A stretch of DNA of 52,469 nt from an uncultured bacterium (GCA_965602185.1 CBFCYP010000003.1:1-52469); one strand, 5' to 3'; positions 1-9,402 are shown, counted from the stretch's first letter. Numbers and translations: made by a program. Notes: generated from the sequence alone by a model not told the origin.

Positions 1-560
1 CCGAACGTGGGCGCTATACCGTAGTCGGTTAATATGCCGAGCATAACGGCGTTTCTGCCGCCGGCCGCGGGCGACCCGGGCCCCCCTGAATTGGCGGCGA
101 AGCAAAGGGATAACATTAAAACCACCGCCAGCGCTTTATCGCGTTTGACGCCGGCATTCCTGACAGTGGTCGAATATATCATTACGAAAAGAGGCATGAC
201 AAACGCTATTAAGGCGTGTTCAGAAACAAAAGAGCAGGCCACCGCCATCAAAGGCAAAAAGATGAATAAAAGCTTTGTTAACGACTTTGCCGGCCCCAGC
301 AATAGCAAACCTATTCTGCGATCCAGCCCCGTTTTGCTTATTGCCCGCGATATAGCCAGAACGCCGAAGATAAATATGACAGCGTCTTTGGCATAAGCTT
401 TTGCTATATCGTCGGGTTTAAGTACGCCCAGGAAGTACATCAAAACGCCTACCAATAAAGCCGTAATTCCAACCGGGACGGCGCCTGACGCCCAGAACAG
501 GGCCGCTATGACAAGGATGCCGAGCATAACTTTCGCTTTGGTCGTTATTTTTTCCGGTTC
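1..560 (-). CDS. DASS/SLC13-family anion transporter, fragment (runs off window start; 5' part apparently missing)
   Basis: Manual minus-strand translation (not in ORF track): EPEKITTKAKVMLGILVIAALFWASGAVPVGITALL...SKTGLDRRIG...SFVSEHA...FAANSGGPGSPAAGGRNAVMLG, matching DASS motifs. The first in-frame ATG is at 527, and an in-frame stop lies upstream near 610. Confidence 0.8.
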
Positions 561-1098
561 AAATGGCTGAAATGAGTTTTTGCCTGAAACCGAGATAGAT
601 ATCGGTGATTATAAAATCCTGACTGCCGTTAATGAGAGATACGTACCATGATTCATTACTGTAGTCTTTTTTTTCAAGCGATGGATACGGGCCGCTATAT
701 ATTTTTTGAACGCCGGTTTCGTCGAAATAACCGAGATCGACAAAGGTCTCGCTACTGTTTTTCAATCTTCCCAGATAAGAATCTATTTGAGCCTGGGACG
801 GCGGCGTCTCCAGTCTCGGATCGTTTACAATGTTATGAAGGTTATTAAGCCTTTCGGTGAGAAACAGATCAAACATGTTGGACTGGTTCTCGGCGATGGC
901 TTTTAACCGCAACTGCTTGCCTTCGGAAATAATGGCGCCGTGTTGAAAGTAGAAGTAAATCGATATTAATATAAGGGGAGCCAGATAGGTAAAGATAAGA
1001 CGAATGAAATTACGTCGTCTGAAATCCCTATAATGCTTTTTATCCAGGTGCAAAAAATCAAATGAAGGACTCAAGCCGTTTGAAGCTGTCCCGGGCAT
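559..1098 (-). pseudogene. Truncated membrane sensor (histidine kinase-like) with TM plus dCache domain only
   Basis: TM helix then Cache-like FVDLGYFDETG...GPYPSLEKKDYSNESWY...ITDIYLGFR. It ends abruptly in LISAI* with no second TM or kinase domain. Confidence 0.65.
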
Positions 1099-1157
1099 TT
1101 CGACACTTCCCCTAAAAATCCTTCACCGTCCGCACGCCCTATTTAAAGGCCGATTAC

Positions 1158-1186
1158 AAGCTAAATGCAATTCCAGGAAGTGTCAA
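1158..1186 (-). promoter_or_regulatory. sigma70-type promoter of the sensor gene
   Basis: Minus strand TTGACA-17nt-TAGCTT, about 60 nt upstream of the 1098 start. Confidence 0.55.
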
Positions 1187-1191
1187 TAAAA

Positions 1192-1209
1192 TTGTTAAAA
1201 AATTCACAT
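1192..1209. promoter_or_regulatory. Rex-like operator
   Basis: TTGTTAA-AAAA-TTCACAT versus Rex consensus TTGTGAA-N4-TTCACAA (2 mismatches), next to the -35 box. Confidence 0.4.
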
Positions 1210-1501
1210 GCTTTTCGTAATTATTTCCCGTTGCATACATAATAATAATTATTATTAGATGGCTATCTGTTTGTTTTATAATTATTTAATTTTCATATAA
1301 AATGAGTCTGATTATTTCGGGCATTTTTTAATGGAATAAATTTTGTATATATTATGCAAATCGGAGTATTATTCGATTTAGAATCGCCGGATATTAAATC
1401 TTCTATATATAGCCCGTCATTCCGGATAACTCGCCTTCCGATCAGTGATATATTTTCTGTCTTGTTTGTATTATGTTTTCGCAAATTTGTTTAAAAAAAA
1501 T

Positions 1502-1527
1502 GGAACCAAATAACCGTGATCCTGTAT
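1502..1527 (+). promoter_or_regulatory. ECF sigma-type promoter
   Basis: GGAACC-N16-GTAT upstream of 1596, with a related GGAACT at 3133 before the paralogue. Confidence 0.45.
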
Positions 1528-1595
1528 TTTTATATAGGACGACATCCCGGGGAGAGATGGCATGTTGAGGAATTATGGTTGATAGCGGGGTGTAA

Positions 1596-3089
1596 ATGCA
1601 TATTAAAAATTATTTTCTGGTTATTTCCCTCATAGTCTTCACTTTGGCTCAGAATCTCCCGGCCCAGAATCCCAATATGATCTGGCTTGAACTTTACGGC
1701 GGGGAGGGTTATGAATGCACCTATTGGGTTGAAGAGGCAGGCTCAATGGACAATCGTGGGGAAACAGGTTTTATTATGGTTGGATCTACCCATCCATTTG
1801 GAGCGGGTTATTATGATGATATTTATTTGATAAAGACGGACGCAAATGGGATCGTCGAATGGGAGCGGATTTACGGCAGTAATGGTCCTGACATAGGATA
1901 TTGCGTCAAGCCGACGATGGATGGCGGGTATATCGTGTGCGGGGCTACCTGGGATATAGATACCTTTAAGTCCGACGCTTATATGCTAAAAACCGATGCT
2001 TACGGCGATACGATCTGGTCGCAGAGATATGGCGATTCCCGCGACGAGCTGTTTTCAGAAGTCTGCCAGTTATCTGATGGCGGCTATATCGCCGCCGGTT
2101 ATATAGCTGAATCCGACGGCTATCATACCAATATATATTTGGTTAGAACAGATACAAACGGTCAGCTTCTCTGGTCCCGGGAGCATGGACAGGCGGGATA
2201 TATCGATCAAGCGAAATCAATACAACCGGCGAGCGACGGCGGTTTTGTTTTTTGCGGGTGGATGAATTGGTCGGATGTCGACTGCGACGTTCAGCTTACA
2301 AAAGTGAATGCCAGCGGAGATATTGAATGGACCCGGTATTACGGCGGGGATCGCTACGATAAAGGCTTTTCGGTGGCTCGCGCCAGTGACGGCGGTTATG
2401 TAATCGCAGGGTATAAAACGGTGCCTGATAGAAACTACCACTACAAATTTTATTTGATAAAAACCTCCAATGAGGGTTTTGTCGAATGGGAGCGGACTTA
2501 TGGCGGAACAGTAGGTGATCGCGCGTTATCTGTCAGGCAAACCGCGGACGGCGGCTATATTATGGCAGGGTACTCCGAATCTTTCGGCCAGGGAGGTAAC
2601 GATATTTATGTGGTAAAAACGGATGACTGCGGTAATCTGGAATGGCAGGATATTTTCGGCGAATATAGCGACGAGATTGGAGAGTGCATCAGGCAGGTTT
2701 CCGACGGCAATTACGTCGTGACGGGACATGCGGAAGATTTCGGCGGCGCTTACCATGACGCTTTTTTGATGAAAATTAGACCCGGACATGTGGGTTTGGC
2801 GGAAGAAATGAGTGAATTTACACCTCATAAATTTATAATACAGCAGAACTATCCCAATCCGTTCAATTCGGCTACCACAATATGCTATAACCTTCCCGGG
2901 CCATCTGACATCACGATAGTTATTTATGATCTTCTCGGCCGTGAGATTGAAACTCTCTCTCGGGGTTATAGACCGGCCGGAAATCATCAGGTTGTATGGA
3001 ACCCTGGTGACTTAAAATCCGGCAATTACTTCTATAAAATCGAAACAGGATGGTGTTCGGAAACTAAGAGGATGCTGTTGTTGAGATAG
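1596..3089 (+). CDS. Secreted repeat (beta-propeller-like) protein with T9SS type-A C-terminal sorting domain
   Basis: Signal peptide; ~50-aa repeats TxDGGYIxxG...DIYLxKTDxxG..W.R.YG; CTD NYPNPFNSAT...IYDLLGREI...KRMLLLR. Confidence 0.85.
   Translation: MHIKNYFLVISLIVFTLAQNLPAQNPNMIWLELYGGEGYECTYWVEEAGSMDNRGETGFIMVGSTHPFGAGYYDDIYLIKTDANGIVEWERIYGSNGPDIGYCVKPTMDGGYIVCGATWDIDTFKSDAYMLKTDAYGDTIWSQRYGDSRDELFSEVCQLSDGGYIAAGYIAESDGYHTNIYLVRTDTNGQLLWSREHGQAGYIDQAKSIQPASDGGFVFCGWMNWSDVDCDVQLTKVNASGDIEWTRYYGGDRYDKGFSVARASDGGYVIAGYKTVPDRNYHYKFYLIKTSNEGFVEWERTYGGTVGDRALSVRQTADGGYIMAGYSESFGQGGNDIYVVKTDDCGNLEWQDIFGEYSDEIGECIRQVSDGNYVVTGHAEDFGGAYHDAFLMKIRPGHVGLAEEMSEFTPHKFIIQQNYPNPFNSATTICYNLPGPSDITIVIYDLLGREIETLSRGYRPAGNHQVVWNPGDLKSGNYFYKIETGWCSETKRMLLLR
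2922..3002 (+). repeat. 81-bp near-identical repeat (copy 1; copy 2 at 4567-4647) inside the CTD coding region
   Basis: Direct alignment gives 76/81 identical bases. Confidence 0.9.
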
Positions 3090-3246
3090 GTTTTTTCCGT
3101 AATATCCCTAAAACTGGAATCTTAAAAATAATGGAACTAAATTGCCAGGTTTTTATATTGTATATTGTAGATAGACACCTTTTGTAGATAGACATCCCGG
3201 GGAGAGTTAGCATCTTGAGGAATCATATTAAACGATGGGGTGTAAG

Positions 3247-4734
3247 ATGTTTAACAAAAATTATCTTCTGGCTATTTTCTTCATAATCTTTATTACGGCT
3301 CCGATTCTCCCGGCTCAGAATCCGAACATCATCTGGATGCAGATATTTGGAGAAGGCGAATTCAACTGCCTTTATTGGGTTGAGCAAGTCGGGCAGGGCA
3401 ATTATCCGGACTTACCCGGTTTAATATTGGCCGGATGTACGAAATCGTATGGGCAAGTGCATAACGATGTATTGCTGATAAAAACCGACGGCGACGGAAA
3501 TACCGAATGGGCAAGGACGTATGGAGGCTCAAACAACGATGCTGGTTTCTGTGTTAAGCCCACGTCTGACAGCGGCTTCGTCGTATGCGGTTTTTTCACA
3601 GGCGGGGGCAGATCCACATCTGACGGGTATATTATCAAAACGGACGCTTCAGGAGACACAGTCTGGACGCGGAGATATGGTGGTTCCGGCAGCGAATCGT
3701 TCGCGGAAATCACTCAAACTTCCGACGGCGGGTATATCGCGGCCGGTTATAAAACGGAACCGGATGAGTATCATACCGATGTTTATGTAGTCAAGACAGA
3801 CAGCGTCGGCGCAGTAATGTGGTCACGGGAATACGGCAGGCCTTTATTTGCAGATCATGCCAAATCCATTCTCCAGACATCGGACGGCGGCTATATTATT
3901 TGCGGTGTCAGAGGCGGAATCGAAACAGCGTTCGATGTCTGGCTGATAAAAACGGATTCGGGCGGCAATGTCGAATGGAATCGTACCTATGGCGGCGGCG
4001 GTTACGATGCCGGGTACTCGGTGGATCAGACGAGCGATGGCGGCTATATTGTCGCAGGTTATAAAACTATGTTAGTAGCGCCCTATCATCACGATTTGTA
4101 CCTGGTAAAAACGTCGTCGGACGGGACAGTTCAGTGGGAAAGAACCTACGGTGAAAGCGGATCTGACTACGCAAATTCTGTCAGAGAGACCCCGGATGGC
4201 GGGCTTATTGCCGCCGGGCTGATGGAAACGCCTGTACAGGGCGGTTGCGATATCTATGTTGTAAAGACAGACGGCAATGGAGATCTGCAGTGGTTCGGTA
4301 CGATGAGTATTAATGGTGTTGACGTAGGCTATTGCGTGAGGCAGACAGATGACGGCAACTTCGTTATCGCCGGATCCGCCTTCACATTCGATTACATCTT
4401 TGACGCTTTCCTGATGAAAATAAGCCCGGGGTATGTCGGTATAGAAGATGATATGAGCGAATTTGTCCCGGGGAAGTTCATTACGTCCCTGAATTATCCC
4501 AATCCCTTCAACTCAACCACTACAATCCGCTTCAGCCTGCACGAACCATCAGAGGTTACCATCGATATCTATGATCTTCTCGGCCGTGAGGTTGAAACTC
4601 TTTCTCGGGGTTATAGACCGGCCGGCAGTCATCAGGTTGTATGGAACGCCGATAAATTTCCATCGGGATTTTACTTTTATAGAATTGAAGCCGGGGAATA
4701 TTCCGAAAGCCGCGAGATGCTGTATCTGAAATAA
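3247..4734 (+). CDS. Tandem paralogue: secreted repeat protein with T9SS type-A CTD
   Basis: Same repeat and CTD architecture (NYPNPFNSTT...REMLYLK). Start placed at ATG 3247 by alignment with the paralogue (MFNKNY vs MHIKNY); the ORF track gives 3235. Confidence 0.85.
   Translation: MFNKNYLLAIFFIIFITAPILPAQNPNIIWMQIFGEGEFNCLYWVEQVGQGNYPDLPGLILAGCTKSYGQVHNDVLLIKTDGDGNTEWARTYGGSNNDAGFCVKPTSDSGFVVCGFFTGGGRSTSDGYIIKTDASGDTVWTRRYGGSGSESFAEITQTSDGGYIAAGYKTEPDEYHTDVYVVKTDSVGAVMWSREYGRPLFADHAKSILQTSDGGYIICGVRGGIETAFDVWLIKTDSGGNVEWNRTYGGGGYDAGYSVDQTSDGGYIVAGYKTMLVAPYHHDLYLVKTSSDGTVQWERTYGESGSDYANSVRETPDGGLIAAGLMETPVQGGCDIYVVKTDGNGDLQWFGTMSINGVDVGYCVRQTDDGNFVIAGSAFTFDYIFDAFLMKISPGYVGIEDDMSEFVPGKFITSLNYPNPFNSTTTIRFSLHEPSEVTIDIYDLLGREVETLSRGYRPAGSHQVVWNADKFPSGFYFYRIEAGEYSESREMLYLK
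4567..4647 (+). repeat. 81-bp near-identical repeat (copy 2)
   Basis: Matches 2922-3002 with 5 mismatches. Confidence 0.9.
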
Positions 4735-4756
4735 ATGATCTTCAGTCAGGATTGAA

Positions 4757-4783
4757 GGGGAGTCGATCATGGCTCCCTTTTTT
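4757..4783 (+). terminator. Intrinsic terminator
   Basis: GGGAGTC-GATCAT-GGCTCCC hairpin followed by a T-tract after the 4734 stop. Confidence 0.7.
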
Positions 4784-4937
4784 ACTTATGTCTGGAAATT
4801 ATAATGAGAAATATAGGGTGTTTTTTGTAAATTATTAGAAATTTGCCAACTGAATATAAGGATTGATTATATTGCGGCGCCATCAGTCCGACATGATATT
4901 ACAGGCGAGAATTTACTTGATTTAAGGAATTGAAAAT

Positions 4938-6884
4938 ATGAAATTTAATTCTAAATATCAGGGGTTATCGATTATGGGAAAATCATATCCCGATGACGAG
5001 ACAAAAAAGATCCAGACTAAAATAATCGACGATATTTTCACCGATGCCGTCGAGCGGATAAAACCTCGATTCGAGGTCGATTACGAGGCCTATCTTCATC
5101 GTCTGTGGGAAGCGAATCCGGATATTTATAATTTGCTTAAAGGTAGCGGAGATCTGGAAAGCGCCCGGGAATCCTTGTATACTTATCTTGAACGTTCGGA
5201 GAGAGATATATTCGGGGTTGATAACGACCTTCATATCCTTGAAAAAGCGATTGTTCGCGACAGTATAAAGGTCTTTAAGAGTATCATCGGTCCCGTCAAT
5301 GAATTTCGCACCGAGTTCTCGGCGCTGGATTCACTCTGGAAACTGGCTCAGGAACGATTTGATGATTTGACCCAGGAGGTTTCTGTCGGGTTCTTGATGG
5401 AGTTCATAAACCTGTTTCGAAGTGTGGCGGGAAAGCCCAATATATACTTTGAATCGAAGGACGCGAAGAAGGGTATACCCGAATTTCTCAAGTTGGAGGG
5501 ACGCGAAGCGGCGCTCACCAGAACGGAAATTCTGGATGAAATGGGAGCGACAGTTCAGAAATATTTTAAAAAGTATCCATCCGGGCTGGATAACGATGTT
5601 ATGAGTTGGCGAAAAGAAAACCGCGAAAGGATTCTTCATTACTTTAAAGCCAATGAATCCGACTGGAACGATTATAAGTGGCATATAAAGAATGTTATCA
5701 GGAAGGCTGAACCCCTCCTCGATTTGATAGAATTGACCGATGAGCAGAAGAAAGCGGTAAAAAAGGCCACCGAGAATAAGATTCCGTTCGGTATAACGCC
5801 TTATTACCTCAGCCTCATGGATCGTAATTTGTCTGTCGGGCATGATCATGCAGTGCGGGCGCAGGTCATTCCCCCGCCCGATTACGTCAATTTGATGGTC
5901 AAGCACAGAACTGAAAGAGACGCCATATTCGATTTCATGGGGGAACATGATACATCGCCGGCGGATCTCTTAACCAGGCGTTATCCCGGTATAGCCATAT
6001 TAAAACCGTTCAATACCTGCTCTCAAATATGCGTTTACTGCCAGCGTAACTGGGAAATTGACGAGGTGCTTGATCCAAAGGCTATGGCGTCACGGAAGCA
6101 AGTTGAAGAGGCCATAAATTGGCTGGACAATCACAGAAGTATCGGCGACATTTTAATTACCGGCGGCGATCCATGCATAATGAAAGATAATTCCATACGC
6201 TGGATTCTGGAGTCGCTCGCGAAGCTCGATCATATCTACCGCATAAGGATCGGCACCCGAACGCCGGTTGTTCTTCCCATGAGATGGACTGACAGTCTGA
6301 TAAATATTCTTTCTGAATTTCATGTGCCCGGGAAACGGGAAATCTCGATCGTGACTCATTATGAGCACTCTTATGAAATTACTCCTGAATCGATGGAGGC
6401 GGTTCAAAAAATCAAAACCCTGGGGATTGGAGTTTACAATCAGCAGGTGTACACGGTCTATAACTCCAGAAGATTTGAAACCGCGAAACTCCGCAGGGAT
6501 TTGAGGCTTATCGGAGTCGATCCATACTATACATTCAATTTAAAAGGCAAAGAGGAAACCCGCCGTTTCATGGTACCCATAGCGCGGATAATGCAGGAAA
6601 GGAAAGAGGAAGCACGTTTATTGCCGGGACTCGATCGAACCGATGAGCCTGTTTTCAACGTGCCCAGACTGGGTAAAAACCATTTGCGCGCCCAACAGGA
6701 CCACAGGCTGGTGATGATACTTCCCGATGGTTCGCGGATTTATGAATTCCATCCCTGGGAGAAGAACATAACTCCCGTGCCGCCATATAATTACGTTGAT
6801 GTCCCAATTTACGACTACCTGGAGGAACTGGCCGCTCTCGGGGAAAATATCCGCGATTATCGAACCATCTGGTTCTATTATTAA
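4938..6884 (+). CDS. KamA-family radical SAM protein (lysine 2,3-aminomutase-like), long form
   Basis: TRRYP...CSQICVYCQR (CxxxCxxC), LITGGDP, RIRIGTRTPVVLPMR, PFGITPYY motifs; ~230-aa N-terminal extension. Confidence 0.85.
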   Translation: MKFNSKYQGLSIMGKSYPDDETKKIQTKIIDDIFTDAVERIKPRFEVDYEAYLHRLWEANPDIYNLLKGSGDLESARESLYTYLERSERDIFGVDNDLHILEKAIVRDSIKVFKSIIGPVNEFRTEFSALDSLWKLAQERFDDLTQEVSVGFLMEFINLFRSVAGKPNIYFESKDAKKGIPEFLKLEGREAALTRTEILDEMGATVQKYFKKYPSGLDNDVMSWRKENRERILHYFKANESDWNDYKWHIKNVIRKAEPLLDLIELTDEQKKAVKKATENKIPFGITPYYLSLMDRNLSVGHDHAVRAQVIPPPDYVNLMVKHRTERDAIFDFMGEHDTSPADLLTRRYPGIAILKPFNTCSQICVYCQRNWEIDEVLDPKAMASRKQVEEAINWLDNHRSIGDILITGGDPCIMKDNSIRWILESLAKLDHIYRIRIGTRTPVVLPMRWTDSLINILSEFHVPGKREISIVTHYEHSYEITPESMEAVQKIKTLGIGVYNQQVYTVYNSRRFETAKLRRDLRLIGVDPYYTFNLKGKEETRRFMVPIARIMQERKEEARLLPGLDRTDEPVFNVPRLGKNHLRAQQDHRLVMILPDGSRIYEFHPWEKNITPVPPYNYVDVPIYDYLEELAALGENIRDYRTIWFYY

Positions 6885-7028
6885 TAAGACGTCTTATTTT
6901 AATAAACAATACAATGCAGTAACTTGATTTTGGATAAAAGGTTAAAGCCCATTCCCCATCCTTATTGAATTCCCACCCATTTTGAATTGAATAAAGATAA
7001 TTTAAAGTGTATATATTGTTAAAAACTA

Positions 7029-7355
7029 ATGGAGGTTTCGATGATAGTAAAAAGTCTGGGCCTGTTTTCGCTGGCAAAGATCATGGGTATTATCTACGCT
7101 TTCTTAGGGTTTATCGCGGGACTGTTTTTCTCGTTTTTTGTTTTAATGGGTGCGTTTCTGGGAAGCGTACTGGAGGATTCTCCCGAGCCTCTGGTGGGGA
7201 TTGTTTTCGGTGTCGGCTCGGTGGTGCTTTTCCCTATTCTGTATGGCGTTCTGGGATTTATCGGGGGAATTGTAATCGCCGGTATCTATAACCTCACCGC
7301 CAAATGGGTGGGGGGATTGGAAATTGAACTCGAGGAAAAACCGGTAGCGCAATAA
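7029..7355 (+). CDS. Small membrane protein (DUF3566-like)
   Basis: GGAGG RBS before ATG 7041; two long hydrophobic segments; C-terminal YNLTAKWVGGLEIEL typical of this family. Confidence 0.6.
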   Translation: MEVSMIVKSLGLFSLAKIMGIIYAFLGFIAGLFFSFFVLMGAFLGSVLEDSPEPLVGIVFGVGSVVLFPILYGVLGFIGGIVIAGIYNLTAKWVGGLEIELEEKPVAQ

Positions 7356-7366
7356 CTGTTGAAGGA

Positions 7367-8155
7367 TTGTATATGCTTATCGACGCGCACGCGCATCTGG
7401 ACAAATATGAAAATTTAATTGATGCTGCCCTAAACGATATCGAGCGCTACAGGATTTTCACCATAAGCAACTCCATGGATTTGCAGTCCTATAAGTCCAA
7501 TCTGGAGATCGCGGAAAGATGCAAGTACGTGTTGCCGACTTTCGGTGTTCATCCCTGGAACGCCCATGAATATGAGAACAGGTTGGGCGAGTTGGACGAA
7601 TATATCGAGCAGAGCCCCATGCTGGGTGAACTGGGGCTGGATTATCATTTTATCAAAGACACCTCATTGTATCCGGCGCAAAGGAAACTGTTTGAGTATT
7701 TTATCGCCAAGGCCGCCGAGCAGAACAAGATCGTAAATCTCCATACCAAGGGCGCCGAAGAGGATACACTTAGGCTCCTCGAATTGCATAATATCAAGCG
7801 CGCCATAATACACTGGTATTCAGGGCCGTTGGGCATTTTGAAGAAGCTTCTGGACAAAGGATATTATTTCACCGTCGGCGTTGAGGTACTTTTCACCGAA
7901 AATATCAGAAAGATCGCCCGTAATATACCCGGCGACCTGCTCCTTACCGAAACCGACAATCCCGGCGGGTACGAGTGGCTGGCGGGTACGCCCGGTGTGC
8001 CGGGAGTCTTGCAGGAGGTCATATTGGAATTGGCCCGGATGCGTAAAATAGAATATGAGGAATGTGCGGATATGATACAGAGGAATTTTGAGAAACTTAT
8101 TGAGGGAGATAGCGCCGTCAGCGATTATTATTTGAAGGCCAAAAACGGAAAGTGA
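7367..8155 (+). CDS. tatD: TatD-family metal-dependent hydrolase/DNase
   Basis: IDAHAH, GVHPW, GELGLDY, NLHT, IIHWYSG, LTETDNP motifs. Confidence 0.85.
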   Translation: MYMLIDAHAHLDKYENLIDAALNDIERYRIFTISNSMDLQSYKSNLEIAERCKYVLPTFGVHPWNAHEYENRLGELDEYIEQSPMLGELGLDYHFIKDTSLYPAQRKLFEYFIAKAAEQNKIVNLHTKGAEEDTLRLLELHNIKRAIIHWYSGPLGILKKLLDKGYYFTVGVEVLFTENIRKIARNIPGDLLLTETDNPGGYEWLAGTPGVPGVLQEVILELARMRKIEYEECADMIQRNFEKLIEGDSAVSDYYLKAKNGK

Positions 8156-8174
8156 ATTTGAGGGAGCATGTAAT

Positions 8175-8753
8175 ATGAATACAGCAGGAAAAATAGGTTA
8201 TTTAGTTTTTTCTTTATGGCTGATTATGCCGCTAATTGCGTTTGGAGCCGAAATACCCGCGCCGGAATACAGCAAAAAACATATTAGTGAGTCGCTTATA
8301 GTCGACGTTCAAAGCTGGGGAGTAGAAAAAGCAAGATCGTTGGTATTTTTCCAGATTATGATTTATTCGGATAAGGGCTTGTTGGCGATGAAATCCGAAG
8401 GACCTGTAGATGGTGTTGTTAACTCTTTCGTAGGGGATCTTGACGCAGACGAAAGTATCGAGACTTATGTCATAACGCAATCTTCCGGCAGCGGGGGATA
8501 CGGCAGGCTGTATTCCTACGAGTTGAGGGAAAATCAGCTGAAAACAATCGACCTTGAAGAGTTTTCTTCCGAAAATGAGAGCGGTTATCGCGGGCACGAT
8601 TATTTCAATATTGAGAATAATCGGTTAATCAGGAAATTTCCGGTTTACAATGAAAGCGATCCCAATGCGTTGCCCTCCGCCGGGACAAGGCAGATAATTT
8701 ATAAACTTAAGAACGATTCTTTCGTAGTTGAAAAAATAGAAAACATCCCGTAA
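8175..8753 (+). CDS. Exported protein resembling PliI-annotated (I-type lysozyme inhibitor-like) proteins
   Basis: Signal peptide; DLDADESIETYV..SGSGGYG..GYRGHDYF..RKFPVY..DPNALPSAGTRQIIYKL. Confidence 0.5.
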   Translation: MNTAGKIGYLVFSLWLIMPLIAFGAEIPAPEYSKKHISESLIVDVQSWGVEKARSLVFFQIMIYSDKGLLAMKSEGPVDGVVNSFVGDLDADESIETYVITQSSGSGGYGRLYSYELRENQLKTIDLEEFSSENESGYRGHDYFNIENNRLIRKFPVYNESDPNALPSAGTRQIIYKLKNDSFVVEKIENIP

Positions 8754-8791
8754 GTGCGATCTCAGATCAATTCAAAACGAAAAGAGCTGAC

Positions 8792-9262
8792 ATGAAAGAA
8801 AAACAGGGAGAACATCCATTCGGCGACGCCGGGCAGCTTATCGCGTTGGCGCTGTTTTTGATTGTATGGGCGATAGATTCCTTTTTTCTGAAGTCGTCGA
8901 CATTTTTGTCATCCCAGGTACCGTTATACATTCGTTTGATTATCCTGGCGGCGGCGCTTGTGGCTGGAATTTACCTGGCCAAATCGGGCCATGGCGTGGT
9001 TGAAGGCGAGCAGCGTCCCGAAAGCGTGGTATCAACAGGCGCGTTCAGGTATGTCAGGCATCCGTTATACCTCGCGAGTGTCCTGTTTTACGTCGGCCTG
9101 GCGGTTTCCACCGCGTCGCTTATCGGGCTCGCCCTCGCGGTAGCGATATTTATCTTCTATGACTACATCGCCGGCTACGAAGAGAAGCTGATGGAGATGA
9201 AATTCGGCGACGAATACAGGCTATACAAGCAAAAAACAGGAAAGTGGCTGCCGAAGCCCTGA
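8792..9262 (+). CDS. Isoprenylcysteine carboxyl methyltransferase (ICMT/PEMT) family membrane protein
   Basis: TGAFRYVRHPLY, EEKLMEMKFGDEYRLYKQKTGKWLP motifs. Confidence 0.85.
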   Translation: MKEKQGEHPFGDAGQLIALALFLIVWAIDSFFLKSSTFLSSQVPLYIRLIILAAALVAGIYLAKSGHGVVEGEQRPESVVSTGAFRYVRHPLYLASVLFYVGLAVSTASLIGLALAVAIFIFYDYIAGYEEKLMEMKFGDEYRLYKQKTGKWLPKP

Positions 9263-9263
9263 C

Positions 9264-9366
9264 CTATCCCTCGGGATGGAGTCCCGCCAAAGGCGGGAGA
9301 CATCCTGAGGGCATATTGCCTTCAAAATGGCGTCAGGATGTCATTTCATTCCATCCTGACGCATAA
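9264..9366. repeat. Inverted doublet of REP-like hairpin units (element E1)
   Basis: CTAT-CCCTCGGGATG[GAGTCCCGCC-AAA-GGCGGGAGA]CATCCTGAGGG followed by the inverted unit GCGTCAGGATG[TCATTTCATTC]CATCCTGACGC-ATAA. Confidence 0.85.
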
Positions 9367-9402
9367 AAGAGGGGTAAATAGTAGATATCGGAAATATACT
9401 CT

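Noticed and set aside
34-396. 120-aa plus-strand ORF
   Set aside because: Shadow of the minus-strand DASS transporter frame, which has recognisable motifs.
559-561. TGA as selenocysteine or readthrough in the sensor gene
   Set aside because: Downstream sequence encodes an unrelated transporter in another frame, with no kinase continuation or SECIS-like hairpin.
1293-1484. 63-aa ORF in the AT-rich intergenic region
   Set aside because: No RBS, weak start and no motif; the region looks like divergent promoter DNA.
2922-4647. Diversity-generating retroelement TR/VR pair
   Set aside because: Both copies are inside genes, mismatches are not adenine-specific (two are C/T), and no reverse transcriptase is in the window.
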